A stretch of DNA of 64,000 nucleotides from Hydrolagus colliei (lineage: Eukaryota), in assembly GCA_035084275.1 (NCBI GenBank), contig CM068743.1, forward strand, positions 116,436,001 through 116,500,000, written 5' to 3'. Shown here one piece after another: positions 49,119 through 61,009 of this stretch. The position numbers were made by a program, and so were the translations under genes. The first letter of the stretch is position 1; each line of letters starts with the position of its first letter. Below the pieces are notes generated by a model. The model was not told the origin of the DNA. It did no database searches and saw nothing but the letters and a program-made list of their open reading frames with translations.

Positions 49119-50182
49119 TGTTTTAACCTTGTGTGCATTATATTAATGATTTTATAAGTAAATTGCATCGGGATAATATGCATCGGTTGTTCTAATAAAG
49201 TTGTCTCGAGAGTATGGGAGTTGTGATTCAGTTGTTCTGATCCAAGAGTGCAATATGCGTGACAAATAGCCTTTAATGTGCGACTATCACTGATCAGTTG
49301 TTTTCTACTTATGCTGTTGTTTTTTTATTACTAATTGTGTAGTTAATAAAATTCAAGCTTCTTTATACTCCAATCTCTGACTGACTATCAAAAATTGTTT
49401 TTACCAAGGACAAAGCCCGGGGGAAGGTTGAGGTGTGAGGAGAGGCGGTGGAGGAGGATTGTATGGTTCACGGTGTCGAAGGCGGCGGATAGTTCGTAGA
49501 TGCCGTGGAGGCAGAGGGAATCCTGGTCACAGATGGTCAAGGTATCATAAGCGGTCTTGACCAGAGCAGTTTCTGTGCTGTGGGCAGCAGCGAAACCTGA
49601 TTGGAGGGGCTCGTGGAGGAAGTGGGATGAGAGAAAGGAGCAAAGTGGTCATCTAATACAGGTGTAAAGTAACAAAAGCAATGCTTTAAAAAACACAACA
49701 TTACTGCCTTTACAAATTGGGTGGTTGGCAGGTAAAATGATCTGCTCATAGTTAAAGAACCATGGTTAAAGAACAGCCAATATTATACTGTACTTCAAAT
49801 AACGTAAATCCCGGAAAAATAAAAATATTGGGGTGTTTATGGACAGAGCTGGCGAGTCTGATTAGATTAAGTGCCTCATTATAGAGCAAAACACTTAGTG
49901 AGCCAATTGGCTCGTTTCTATGCTGCAACATTCTGTGATTCTATACCTTATGCGAAAGATCAAGACTGGCCATGTCACTGGAGGTAGATATGGCTTTAAT
50001 CTTTTGTTGGTGGAACTTGATGAAAGTCTTTCGACCTTCCTTTGGGAAACCCATTTTAGCGGAGGCAGATTTAGAGCAGGCAGCGACCACAAAGATACAC
50101 ATTTTTGAACTGGTCAACAAGTTCTCGGTGTTCCAAAGAGAAACAAGTAGAGGCAATGGCTATATAAATATTGATATATATT

Positions 50183-50382
50183 TACCGTGGGAATCCCGGG
50201 AAGGAGTTTCAATGGATTCTCTATTAACGCTCAGAAACTCGGATGGAAACATCGCCTGCTTTTTTAGAGCGTTTCTCTGCTGTTAAAAGTATTCAATTAT
50301 AAAACCGGACCAGGATGACAATTTTGTTGGTGTCTGGCATTCACACAGCACTCGCAGACACACAAGATATCGCAAAAAATGT
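50183..50382 (+). pseudogene. Subgroup C V relic psi4 (3' half only, degenerate RSS)
   Basis: Matches V11 from WYRGNPGKEFQW onward with deletions; heptamer cacagca at 50344-50350; no promoter, leader or FR1. Confidence 0.8.
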
Positions 50383-51254
50383 TGTCCTTATTGGAAGATT
50401 AACTCGGTTGCAACTGCGTCTCAGTGTCTTTAGTGAAGGAGACATTGTTTAATTGCGGCGACTGTCAAATGTTCTCTCCAGAACTCACTTATTTAAAATT
50501 AAATCCACTAAAGTTTGCACTTACACATCACACTCTCCTGCTCATTACCTCGAAATGCACATTTTAAATATGTGACATACTGTATGTGTTACTTCGTTCT
50601 GAAATTAAATGGAAGATTGTGAAATGGATGTTTTCGCCAACACTTTTCTGGGTTGCAAACATTCTAATGTTTATATACATAGACATAGCCTAGTGATAAA
50701 TCCATTGTATCATAAACTCAATATTTTGTAGTGAAGATTGAAATGTGTTTTAAAATCACATTTTTCTCATGACCATTTGCTTATTCGCCATCTCTGTCCT
50801 TATATCATTCCCAACAATAAAATTCCTTTTTACATGCCTCTGTCCTCTCCAGGCCTGGTTTCCCTAAGGTCCTCCTCACCAACCTCCCCATCCATACTCT
50901 ACACAAACTCTAGGTCACTAATAACACAGTCTTTGCCAAAACAAACTCGGTGAGACCATCAATGCCAGACTCCCCGACACCCTGTTCCCCAATAAAGCCT
51001 CAAGTATTGTGGGCCTTGAACCCACAACCTTCTGACACAGAACCTGCCGTTGCTGCCAAATGAGCCAATCTGATAGAAAATGAAGAAATGGCCAGAGGTA
51101 ACGCTCAGCTTGAAGAGGTGATGGGAGGAGGGAAACACAACCGCAAACACTGCTTATTGGCACAAACAGGTTTAGATCATTCTCACTCAAGACGAACGCA
51201 GTGATCTGGTCAGATCCCCCTCAAGCTGTGCTGAGGGCTCACATCACATCAGAT

Positions 51255-51680
51255 ATGTTGGGGGCAGGTTGTGTCTGTGTGCTCAGTGCCCTGGTGTCAT
51301 GTAAGTTTATCTGAGTGCAATTTAATGATTATCACATCATCAGAGACAGTAAACGAGGCTAATGATTTTATTTTATGTTTCCAGTTGGCTGTGAGGGCTT
51401 GTCACAGCGCATGTCCATGACAAAGGAGGAAGGAAAAATAGCAATGATTGCGTGTGAAATGAAAGATAAATCAATGGGCAATGACTATGTTCATTGGTAC
51501 CGTGAGAATCCCGGGAAGGGGCTTCAATGGATTCTCTACCACACTGGAACTAAGACAGAAATCTCGCCGGATTTCCCAAGCCGTTTTTCTGCTGTTAAGG
51601 GTGGGGACCTGTGCATTCTCACAATCACAAGCCTCAACTCGGCTGACACTGGCACTTATTATTGTGGAGTCTGGGCTTCC
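51255..51680 (+). CDS. TRGV: TCR gamma-like V segment V7 (subgroup A); leader 51255-51300, V exon 51385-51680
   Basis: Open frame with a 6-nt in-frame deletion at the FR1 start; ends YYCGVWAS. Confidence 0.85.
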
Positions 51681-51719
51681 CACAGCAGCTGCAGACACAC
51701 AACAGATCGTACAATAACT
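51681..51719 (+). other. 23-bp RSS of V7
   Basis: cacagca + 23 nt + acaataact. Confidence 0.92.
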
Positions 51720-52496
51720 TGCCTCTCACTCGGAAGCCAACACGGCTGCAGTGTATTGAGGGGGAAACTCTGAACTGTAGCAGAGAGACCCCAGCCTGGG
51801 CAATGTTGAAGGTTGTGGTCCAGATACTGGGGAAGAACTGTACATCATGTGTTTCTGTCACTGTAACAAGCGGGAGGGGAAGAGTTGAAGGGGATCCTTA
51901 TTTTAGTCACTCAGACATTTTGCACCAATGGGAGATTGCCCCCAAATCCACGTTGGGCTTGTAAACGAATAAAATCTCATCTGATGTGATGTGTGGACTT
52001 TGTAGTAAAACCAATTACAAAACACTTAGAAATGGAAACCTTAACAATTCAAGTTTAAAGAGGAACATTTTCAATCACCATTGGGTGGCATTTACTAATT
52101 GTAAAATGAAAACCAACAAAGGTCAGCTTTTCCTCCTGTTCACCCCCTCTCGGTTGGATTGCAAACTGTAACATATTAGTTCTGTTTGACGTAGAGGAGA
52201 GATCAATACTGTTTAAATTTTTTTCACTTAAAAGATTCTAAATATTTTGTTTGAAAGAAGATGAAAAGTTTCTCCTGGAGACCCCAACCCCATAAAACAC
52301 ATACAGCAAAATAATAAATATATCCAGGGATCGTGTGGATTGATGGGGTAGGCGAGGGGAGGGGGGGGTGGGGACACACAACCTCACAACAACGGTAGTT
52401 GGCAGAAAGAGGTTTCAATCATTCCCACAGCATAAAGCGCGAAGTGAACTCATCCGGTCAGCTTCACGGTGTTCCTTGTCCACACATTACATCAGC

Positions 52497-52765
52497 CATG
52501 TCGTGTCTGTGTGCCTTGATGTCACATAACTTTATCTGGATGCATTTAAATGATCATCACATTATCAGAGAGTAAAATACAATCAGGTATTATTTTTGTC
52601 TTTCCAGTGGGCTGTGATGGTCTGTCCTTGACTCAGCCCATATCCATGGTCAAGAAACCCAGCTGGACAGTAGAGATTACCTGCTCAGTGCCGGGTGGAT
52701 CAATGCAGATTATGTATGTTCCCTGGTACCGTGAGAATCCCGTGAAAGTGGTTTGAATGGAGTAT
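52497..52765 (+). pseudogene. Subgroup C V pseudogene psi5
   Basis: Damaged leader and donor (ataact); V exon from 52608 stops at 52754-52756; same FR2-to-post-RSS deletion. Confidence 0.8.
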
Positions 52766-53815
52766 CCAGGAGTCTCAGTTTATTGAAGGAGAGATTGTTA
52801 ACTGCGAGAGAGAAATCAATCTGGTAAAATCTGGTTGTTTTGGGATCATGTTCAGTTTCATCTGGGATTGGGAAAAATGAATTGAGAGGAAGTAGAGAGT
52901 TTGAAATTGTATTTTTCGCGGGGATTTGTGGTGAAGATTCAGAAAAAGTGCCTAAGTCTCGCACTTGTCACCGGAGATAGATACAAAAATGATTATTTTT
53001 CACATGATCGCAAACTGACCTGATAAACGAATTAAATCAGCCGAAAACACTCTCTCGTGAAAACAGAGTTCTTACCCAAATACGACAATAAAATGTAAAT
53101 AATACTCGTTGCATTTGCCATAACGTCTTGTCATGTTGTCCAAACATCATTCCTCAAAGCGCCTTGAGCCGTCCTCCCAATCGCTTAAAAACCTGCTTTA
53201 CACGTGTAGTTTTGTTGTTGTTGCTTAGCATAGTGTTTTTCAACTGAAAAACATAACAGTTCAGAGTGACTGTTATGTAAGTAAATAAGACAATATATTT
53301 GAATTCCTATTGGCTTCCGGGAATTCCATTGACTGTAATCGCCTTAATCGCCTACCTCTGTCCTTATGTCACTCCAAACAACCAAATCCATCCTCTTTGC
53401 CCCTGCCCTCACCAGACCTGATTTGACAAGCCCTCCTCACCACTCTTTCAATCCTTACTCTACAAAAACTCCAGACGATTGATAACACCGTCTTGCCTGA
53501 ACAAGCTATGTGAGATCATCGATGCCAGACTCCACTAACACCCTGTTCCCCAATAAAGCCTCAAATATTGTGGGCCTTGAACCCACAACCTTCTGACACA
53601 GAACCTGCCGTTGCTGCCAAATGAGCCAATCTGATAGACAATGAAGAAATGGCCAGAGGTAACGCTCAGCTTGAAGAGGTGATGGGAGGAGGGAAACACA
53701 ACCGCAAACACTGCTTATTGGCACAAACAGGTTTAGATCATTCTCACTCAAGACGAACGCAGTGATCTGGTCAGATCCCCCTCAAGCTGTGCTGAGGGCT
53801 CACATCACATCAGAT

Positions 53816-54247
53816 ATGTGGGGGGCAGGTTGTGTCTGTGTGCTCAGTGCCCTGGTGTCATGTAAGTTTATCTGGGTGCAATTTAATGATTATCACATCA
53901 TTAGAGACAGTAAACGAGGCTAATGATTTTATTTTGTGTTTCCAGTTGGCTGTGAGGGCTTTACCTTGTCACAGCGCATGTCCATGATCAAGGAGAAAGG
54001 AAAAACAGCAATGATTCTCTGTGAAATGAAAGATAAATCAATGGGCAATGACTATGTTCACTGGTACCGTGAGAATCCCGGGAAGGGGCTTCAATGGATT
54101 CTCTACCACACAGGAACTAAGACAGAAAAGTCGCCTGAATTTCCACGACGTTTTTCTGCTGCTAAAAGTGGGGACTCGAGTAGTCTCAGAATCATAGCCC
54201 TCACCTCGGCTGACACTGGCACTTACTATTGTGGTGTCTGGGAGTCC
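53816..54247 (+). CDS. TRGV: TCR gamma-like V segment V8 (subgroup A); leader 53816-53861, V exon 53946-54247
   Basis: Intact; ends YYCGVWES. Confidence 0.88.
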
Positions 54248-54286
54248 CACAGCAGCTGCAGACACACAAGAGATCGTACAATAACT
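54248..54286 (+). other. 23-bp RSS of V8
   Basis: cacagca + 23 nt + acaataact. Confidence 0.92.
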
Positions 54287-55967
54287 TGCCTCTCACTTGA
54301 TATCCCTTCGGCTGAAGTTGTACCTCCGTGTTTTGAGGGGGAAACTCGTACCTACCTGCATCAGAGTGAACACAGCCTGGTCATTGCTGATATATTTGGT
54401 CCAGAAACACTTAATTAACTATAATGAGTGAGTTGCGTTCGTTGTATTAACAAAACGCAACGAGTTACAGGGGAACCTTATTTCAGTCACCCTGACATTT
54501 TGCACCAGTGGCACATTGCACAACAATAATCACAAGGTGGGCTTCTAAACTAATAGAATTCTATCACAAACATGAAACACAAATCCTTCCCCAAATAGGA
54601 TAATTCCAGTTTTGAAAATAGCACATTTGTAAATCAATTATCTGTATTTGAAGCGCTCTGAGCGCCGTCCGGCGTGGAGGGCGCTATATCAATCGAAGTT
54701 GTTGTTGTCGTTGTTATAGGTTCATTTGAGAAATCCCATCAAAGTCTAGGACACTGGGATTAACTCCTTTCGCGTTTTGAGTAGTGCCTAGAGATCTTTA
54801 GCGTCCACCTGGACAAAGCAGACTGGATCTCGGGATAACGTTTCCTCTGAAGGACAACACCTCCAACAATACAGACCGGATTAGTCCGCGTAGAATATAT
54901 CGGATCCAATGCCTGAAATGGGACTTGAACCTACAACCCGCTTACCCAGAGGCGAGACTGCTACCAACTGGACCAGGGGGATGATGAAATATTGAATGTG
55001 AAACATGTATCAAGCTCACGACTCACTCCCGATTTGAATAATGCATTTGTTGTCCTCCAGTCCGTGGGTGAAACTTCTGTGTTTATACAAATCCTGAAAT
55101 ACCGTCCAGAGGAGTGGATTTCATTTTTCTGAGATGTGTGTGCCCTTGGTGGTGGGATATCTACAAATCGAACGGCAGGATCAGCCGAAGAAGATCTCAC
55201 TTTTCTTAACCGGGCAGATCACAGTGGTCCAGAGTCCTGACATTGACCGACCAGTCAGCCAACTAGAGTCGCAGCCTGAAGGGGTGGACAGGTGCTCTGT
55301 GAATAAGGACACTTCTCACGTGAAAGGCACAATAGAAGTGAAATTGTGTTATTGTTGTTCCACCGAGTTCATATTTACTCTGCAAGACAAAGTCCTGACA
55401 AGTATAATGGTCCTTGTTGGGGAAGCTCACTGGGCGATGCTTTCAGTGTCAAGTTTTGTGCTTTGAGTCTGATAAACTGCAGGAATATCTCAAAAGGTAC
55501 TCATGGATTTACAAGCTACAGTTTAAATTGTGGGCAATAACCTCCAGAGTTAGGGAATAGGGTGAGTCCCTCCAGAGATACACTGTATATTCCATAGCGA
55601 ATTTCCATGTGTAAGAGACATACATACATGGAACTCTCAGTCGCTTTGGTGAAGAGTTTTCCCATGTATCAGATATACCGCTGACCGACCCCCTAAAAAG
55701 TACATTTACCAAATTATGAAAATAATCCTTCTCCCATGCACTGAAGCCAGCCTGATCTCTGCTGTGTCGGTGTTCAGTTTTGATTCCGAATCCTTAAACC
55801 ACGATAACCAACTCCTAACAAAGATTCCTCCTCTCCCCTCCCACCCCGACACACACACACACACACACACTCAGCAGATCAACCCTACAAATACAGAATT
55901 CAACAAATGACTTATCTGAGCTACAATTTATTTTCATTTAATCTGATCTGAACAGGTGCAATCGGGT

Positions 55968-55985
55968 GGCCGCCACCTTGTGGTC
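55968..55985 (-). promoter_or_regulatory. CTCF motif
   Basis: ggccgccaccttgtggtc. Confidence 0.65.
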
Positions 55986-56776
55986 ATGAATATAAGGGTA
56001 AAGTTACACAAGTACTGTAATGCTTTAAACATCACAACATTACTGCCTTTACAAAGTGGGTAGTTGGCAGGTAAAATGATCTGCCATAAACCATTGTTGA
56101 AGAACAGCCAATATTATACTTAAAATAACGTAAAGCCGGGGAAAATATAAATATTGGGGTGTTTCTGGAGAGAGCAGGAAAGTATGATTAGATCAAGTGC
56201 CTTATTATAGAGCAAAACACCAGTACAGCCTTAGTGTGCTCATTGGCTTGCTTCTATGCGAAACCATTCAGTGATTCTATAACTTAAGCCAAGCATCAAG
56301 ACTGGCCTAGTAACCATCAGTAGATCTGGCTTTAATCTTTTGTTTGGTGCAACTTGATATCAGCCTGACATTCCTGTCGAAGATCTGCTTAAACGGAAGC
56401 AAATTTAGAGCAGGCAGCGAACTGACCACAAATATACAGATTTTTTAACTGGTGGTCAATAAGTTCTACATGCTCGTAAAAACAAACACGTAGAGGGTAT
56501 TGGTATACAGTATAAAATTGATAGAAGAGCTGATTAAAATAGGAATTATAACATTAAGGACGTTCTTTTGAACAGAATTTCCACCAACTAATCACTAATT
56601 AAGAATCTGTAACAATCATTTTCCGAGTCACTCCTGTCGTTTCTATTTTTATTGAGAGAATTTCAGAAAGGAAGATATCATTGGCACTAATAACATTGAA
56701 AGGAATAGGAGAGAATAAGATAATATGAGAAGTGATGATTAGGTGATCCCAAGTTTGAATTGCATAAATTGTAGAC

Positions 56777-57094
56777 GGCTCCTGTGGCTCAGTGGTTAGA
56801 GAACTCGTTGTACAAGTGTAAGACCCGTGTTCGAATCCAGGCAGGTCAGGGCGAAACCTTGGGCAAGTTGACTTACTCCACATGCCTAATAATAATCCAT
56901 CCCCAAAAACCACAATAATAAAAAATTATCATTTTCAATCCATGACTGTTTGTGGGACTGCTGTGTGCAATTGGCTGCCACGTTTCGCCCACAAATATAA
57001 AGTCAATTCACTTTACAGTATATTCTGTGAAGCGCTTTGAGACGTCTAGAAGCCGTGAAAAGGCGCTATACCAAATGCAAGGATTATTATTATT
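56777..57094 (+). mobile_element. tRNA-headed SINE, specific to this paralogous copy
   Basis: A box tggctcagtgg, B box gttcgaatcc; inserted after tgtagacgg and absent from the V1 and V4 upstream copies. Confidence 0.88.
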
Positions 57095-57842
57095 GAGGAT
57101 ATTGTGGTTTGAGTTCTCGAACGCAATATCAAATGCGAGGATTTGAGGTTTCGCAAACTGATACAAACGAAAATGCTATCGAACCCCAATCCTCTATACA
57201 ATCACAATTCTTCTATCAATAGCTCTTGCTTTGACTTATTGTCAATCTGCTGCTGGGCTTGGGACGTGCTCCCCACGTGAACGACGCTATGAAGATGTCA
57301 TGTTGTTGTAGGAATGGTCAGGGAATAATTTCCATATCATGTTGCTATATATCTAGTAGCTTTACATGTAAATGTTATTCGGTGTGTGGAGTGACTTCCT
57401 TGGTGCAAACTCAGTTCCATTTCCACCAGCAAGTTCTCTATCACATAGTGAGCTAATTCGGCAACGACAGAGATAATCTTTTTTTTCCAGAGTCATAATA
57501 CTTGTAGAGTTCACCTGATTGAGGCAACGGGACCTTGTTGAACATCTAACCCCAAAGACAGTACCTCCGGCTATGCTGCGTCCCCCCAGTGTAAAGCAAG
57601 ATTAGGAGCTCAGATACTGTGGGAATAAACTGCTATCAAATGAGCCAAGTTGCTAAACTAATGAATAAATGGCAAAGAGGTGAAGCAGAGCATCGAGTGT
57701 TACGCACTGAGGGGAGGAGGAAACAACCGCAAAACGGCTCTAATTGGTACAAACGGGTTTGGATCTTTCCCACAGAAACAAGCGCCAACTGAGATGGTCA
57801 AATTGGCTTGAAGCTGTCCCTGGGTCACACATGGTATCAAAC

Positions 57843-58277
57843 ATGCCGGGGACAGGCTGTGTCTGTTTACTGACCGTCTTGCTGTCGGGTAAGTTTATCT
57901 GGATGCAATTCAGCAGCCGCCACATTGTCAGAGAGACAGAGAGTAAACTAACCTAATGGATTGTTTTTATTTTTCCAGTTGGCTGTGATGGCTTTGCCTT
58001 GTCACAGCCCATATCCATCATCGGTAACCCAGGAAAGGTAGCGAGGATTACCTGTGAAAAGAAGGATATGAGCAATGACTATGTTCACTGGTACCGTGAA
58101 ATTCCCGGGAAGGGGCTTCAATGGATGTTGTATTATCACTCAAAGGGCAAGAAAGATCACTCGCCTGATTTCCCAAGCCGTTTTTCTGCGGATAAACGTG
58201 GGGACTCGTGCATTCTCACAATCACAAGCCTCAACTCGGCTGACACTGGCACTTATTATTGTGGTGTCTCGGATTCC
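57843..58277 (+). CDS. TRGV: TCR gamma-like V segment V9 (subgroup B); leader 57843-57888, V exon 57979-58277
   Basis: Intact; ends YYCGVSDS (W to S). Confidence 0.86.
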
Positions 58278-58316
58278 CACAGCAGCTGCAGACACACAAC
58301 AGATCGTACAATAACT
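58278..58316 (+). other. 23-bp RSS of V9
   Basis: cacagca + 23 nt + acaataact. Confidence 0.92.
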
Positions 58317-59789
58317 TGCCTCTCACTCGGAAGCCAACACGGCTGCAGTTGGGTGTCAGTGTATTGAGGGGCAAACTGTGAACTGCAGCAGAGAGACCCC
58401 AGTCTGGGCAATGCTGAAGGCTGTGGTCCAGATTCTGGGGAAGAACTGTACATCATGTGTTTCCGTCATTGTAATAAGCGGGGGGGGGGAAGAGTTGAAG
58501 AGAAATAAAATCAATTACAAATACTTCCATATAGAAACCAATTCAATCTCCATTGGGGGCAATTTGCTCATTGTAAGATTAAAACAAACAGAGCTCAGTT
58601 GTTCCTCCTGTTCACCCCCTCAGAGTTGCACTGTACCATAACATATTAATTCTGCTTCATGTTAGATGAAAGAAAAATAAACCTTTTTTTGCTTTAAAAC
58701 ATTCTCAATTTCTTGTTGGCAACAAGATGTGTCCCACAAACACTCGTCGATTGAAATGACCAATTTTATTTTTGTTTCTCCTAGAGCCCCCCCAACACCA
58801 ACATCCCCCAAATAAAGCAGATTCAACAACAAAGTAAATCCCCAGGATATTATGTGGAATGATGAGATAGGCGAGGGGACGGGAACAACACAACCACACA
58901 ATCGTCCTCCCAACGCTTAAACATCCCGCTTTACACATGTAATTTTGTTCTGGTGATGTTTCTGAAAGTGGTTTTCCGGTGAAGTCCAGTGACATTAAAT
59001 GTAAATGAATAGGACAAGATATTTGAGTTACCATTGGCTTCCAATAATTCCATTGGCTGTAATATGTGTCTTTTTCAACATTAAATCCACTAACGATCGC
59101 ATACACAGATCACAGTCTCCTGATCATTCCTCTGGACAGGCATATTTTAAGTATCTGATATCTTGTTTCTCTCACTGTAAATTGAAGATTGCCAATAAAT
59201 GTTTTCGCTAACTGCTTTCCGGGCTAGGAATACTTTCATACTTGGAAATATCAGTTGTAAGGCAAACTCAATCATTTTGTAATGGAGGTTGATATTAAAT
59301 CTGGCCCAAGGCCGTTTTCTTAAATGCCTACATCGTTCCTTATATCACTCCCCCACCCCCACCTCCACCCCCAACAATCAGATCCCTCCTCTATGTCCCT
59401 TCCCTCTTCAGGCTCGGTTTCCGCGAGGTCCTGCTCAGCAACCTCCCCATCCTCACTTTACAAAAACTCCAGACCATTTATCTTCGACAGAATCAGCTCT
59501 GTGACACCATCACTACCACACTGCACTGATAATACATTCCCCAACAAAGCCTCAAATATTGTGAACCTGACACAGAACCTGCCGTTGCTGCCAAATGAGC
59601 CAATCTGATAGAAAATGAAGAAATGGCCAGAGGTAACGCTCAGCTTGAAGAGGTGATGGGAGGAGGGAAACACAACCGCAAACACTGCTTATTGGCACAA
59701 ACAGGTTTAGATCATTCTCACTCAAGACGAACGCAGTGATCTGGTCAGATCCCCCTCAAGCTGTGCTGAGGGCTCACATCACATCAGAT

Positions 59790-60218
59790 ATGTGGGGGGC
59801 AGGTTGTGTCTGTGTGCTCAGTGCCCTGGTGTCATGTAAGTTTATCTGGATGCAATTTAATGATTATCACATGATCAGAGACAGTAAACGAGGCTAATGA
59901 TTTTATTTTGTGTTTCCAGTTGGCTGTGAGGGCTTTACCTTGTCACAGCGCATGTCCGTGATTACGGAAGGAGGAAAGGTAGCGAAGATTTCGTGCACAA
60001 AGAATGATATGAGCAATGACTATGTTCACTGGTACCGCCAAAGTCCCGGGAAAGGGCTTGAATGGATGCTGTATTATCACTCAAAAGATAAGATGGAAAA
60101 CTCGCCTGATTTTCTACGCCGTTTTTCTGCTGAGAAGCTTGGGGACAAGTGCATTCTCACAATCACACAGTCAAAAGCGAATGACGCTGGTACTTATTAT
60201 TGTGGTGTCTGGGATTCC
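59790..60218 (+). CDS. TRGV: TCR gamma-like V segment V10 (A-type promoter and leader, B-like V body); leader 59790-59835, V exon 59920-60218
   Basis: Intact leader, splice sites and V exon. Confidence 0.87.
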
Positions 60219-60257
60219 CACAGCAGCTGCAGACACACAACAGATCGTACAATAACT
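60219..60257 (+). other. 23-bp RSS of V10
   Basis: cacagca + 23 nt + acaataact. Confidence 0.92.
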
Positions 60258-61009
60258 TGCCTCTCACTCGGAAGCCAACACGGCTGCAGTTGGGTGTCAG
60301 TGTATTGAGGGGGAAACTGTGAACTGCAGCAGAGAGACCCCAGCCTGGGTGAAGGTTGTGGTCCAGATACTGGGGAAGAACTGTACATCATGTGTTTCCG
60401 TCACTGTAATAAGCGGGAGGGGAAGGCTTAAAGGGGAACCTTATTTTAGTCACTCAGACATGTTTCACCAATGGGAGATTGCGCAGCAAACACATGACAC
60501 GAATAAAATCAACTACAAGCCCTTAGAAATGGAAACCTGAGAATATTTTTCAATTCTCATTGGGAGCCATTTACTGATTGTAAAATTACACCCGAGAAAG
60601 TTCAGGCTTGCCGCTGTTCAACCCTTCAGAGTCGCGATGAAAACGATAACATGTCTGAAACACCACGAAACATCTTTTTCACTTAAATAATTCGAAAACT
60701 TCTATTTGCAGCAAGATGAGGCGTTTGTCCCGCTCCCGATAAATAGTCAGACAGGCAAGCACACCGATAGAAACAACGACAGACAGACAGACAAACAGAC
60801 AGATCAAACAAGCAAATACAGTAGGACAAAAGCGTAAATGGGCGCAGCTGTTGTGCGGGCTGATGAGGTAGGCGGGGGGCGGGAGAAACACAACCTCACA
60901 ACAACGGTAGTTGGCAGAAAGGGGTTTCAATCATTCCCACAGAATAAAGCGCGAAGTGAACTCATCCGATCAGCTTCTCTCTGTTCCTTGTCCACACATC
61001 ACATCAGAT

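Larger units (their letters stand above)
45850..49402. mobile_element. Unclassified insertion, possibly a solo LTR (~1.5 kb after removing nested CR1 and L2)
   Basis: Begins tgttaaca; accaagg is present at both junctions within the L2; aataaa motifs near the right end; no ORF. Confidence 0.45.
44521..49644 (-). mobile_element. L2 LINE (pieces 44521-44941, 45261-45849, 49403-49644) hosting nested insertions
   Basis: (aca)n tail at 44521; ORF 45160-45666 carries L2 motifs; RT piece at the right end; pieces rejoin collinearly once the inserts are removed. Confidence 0.8.
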
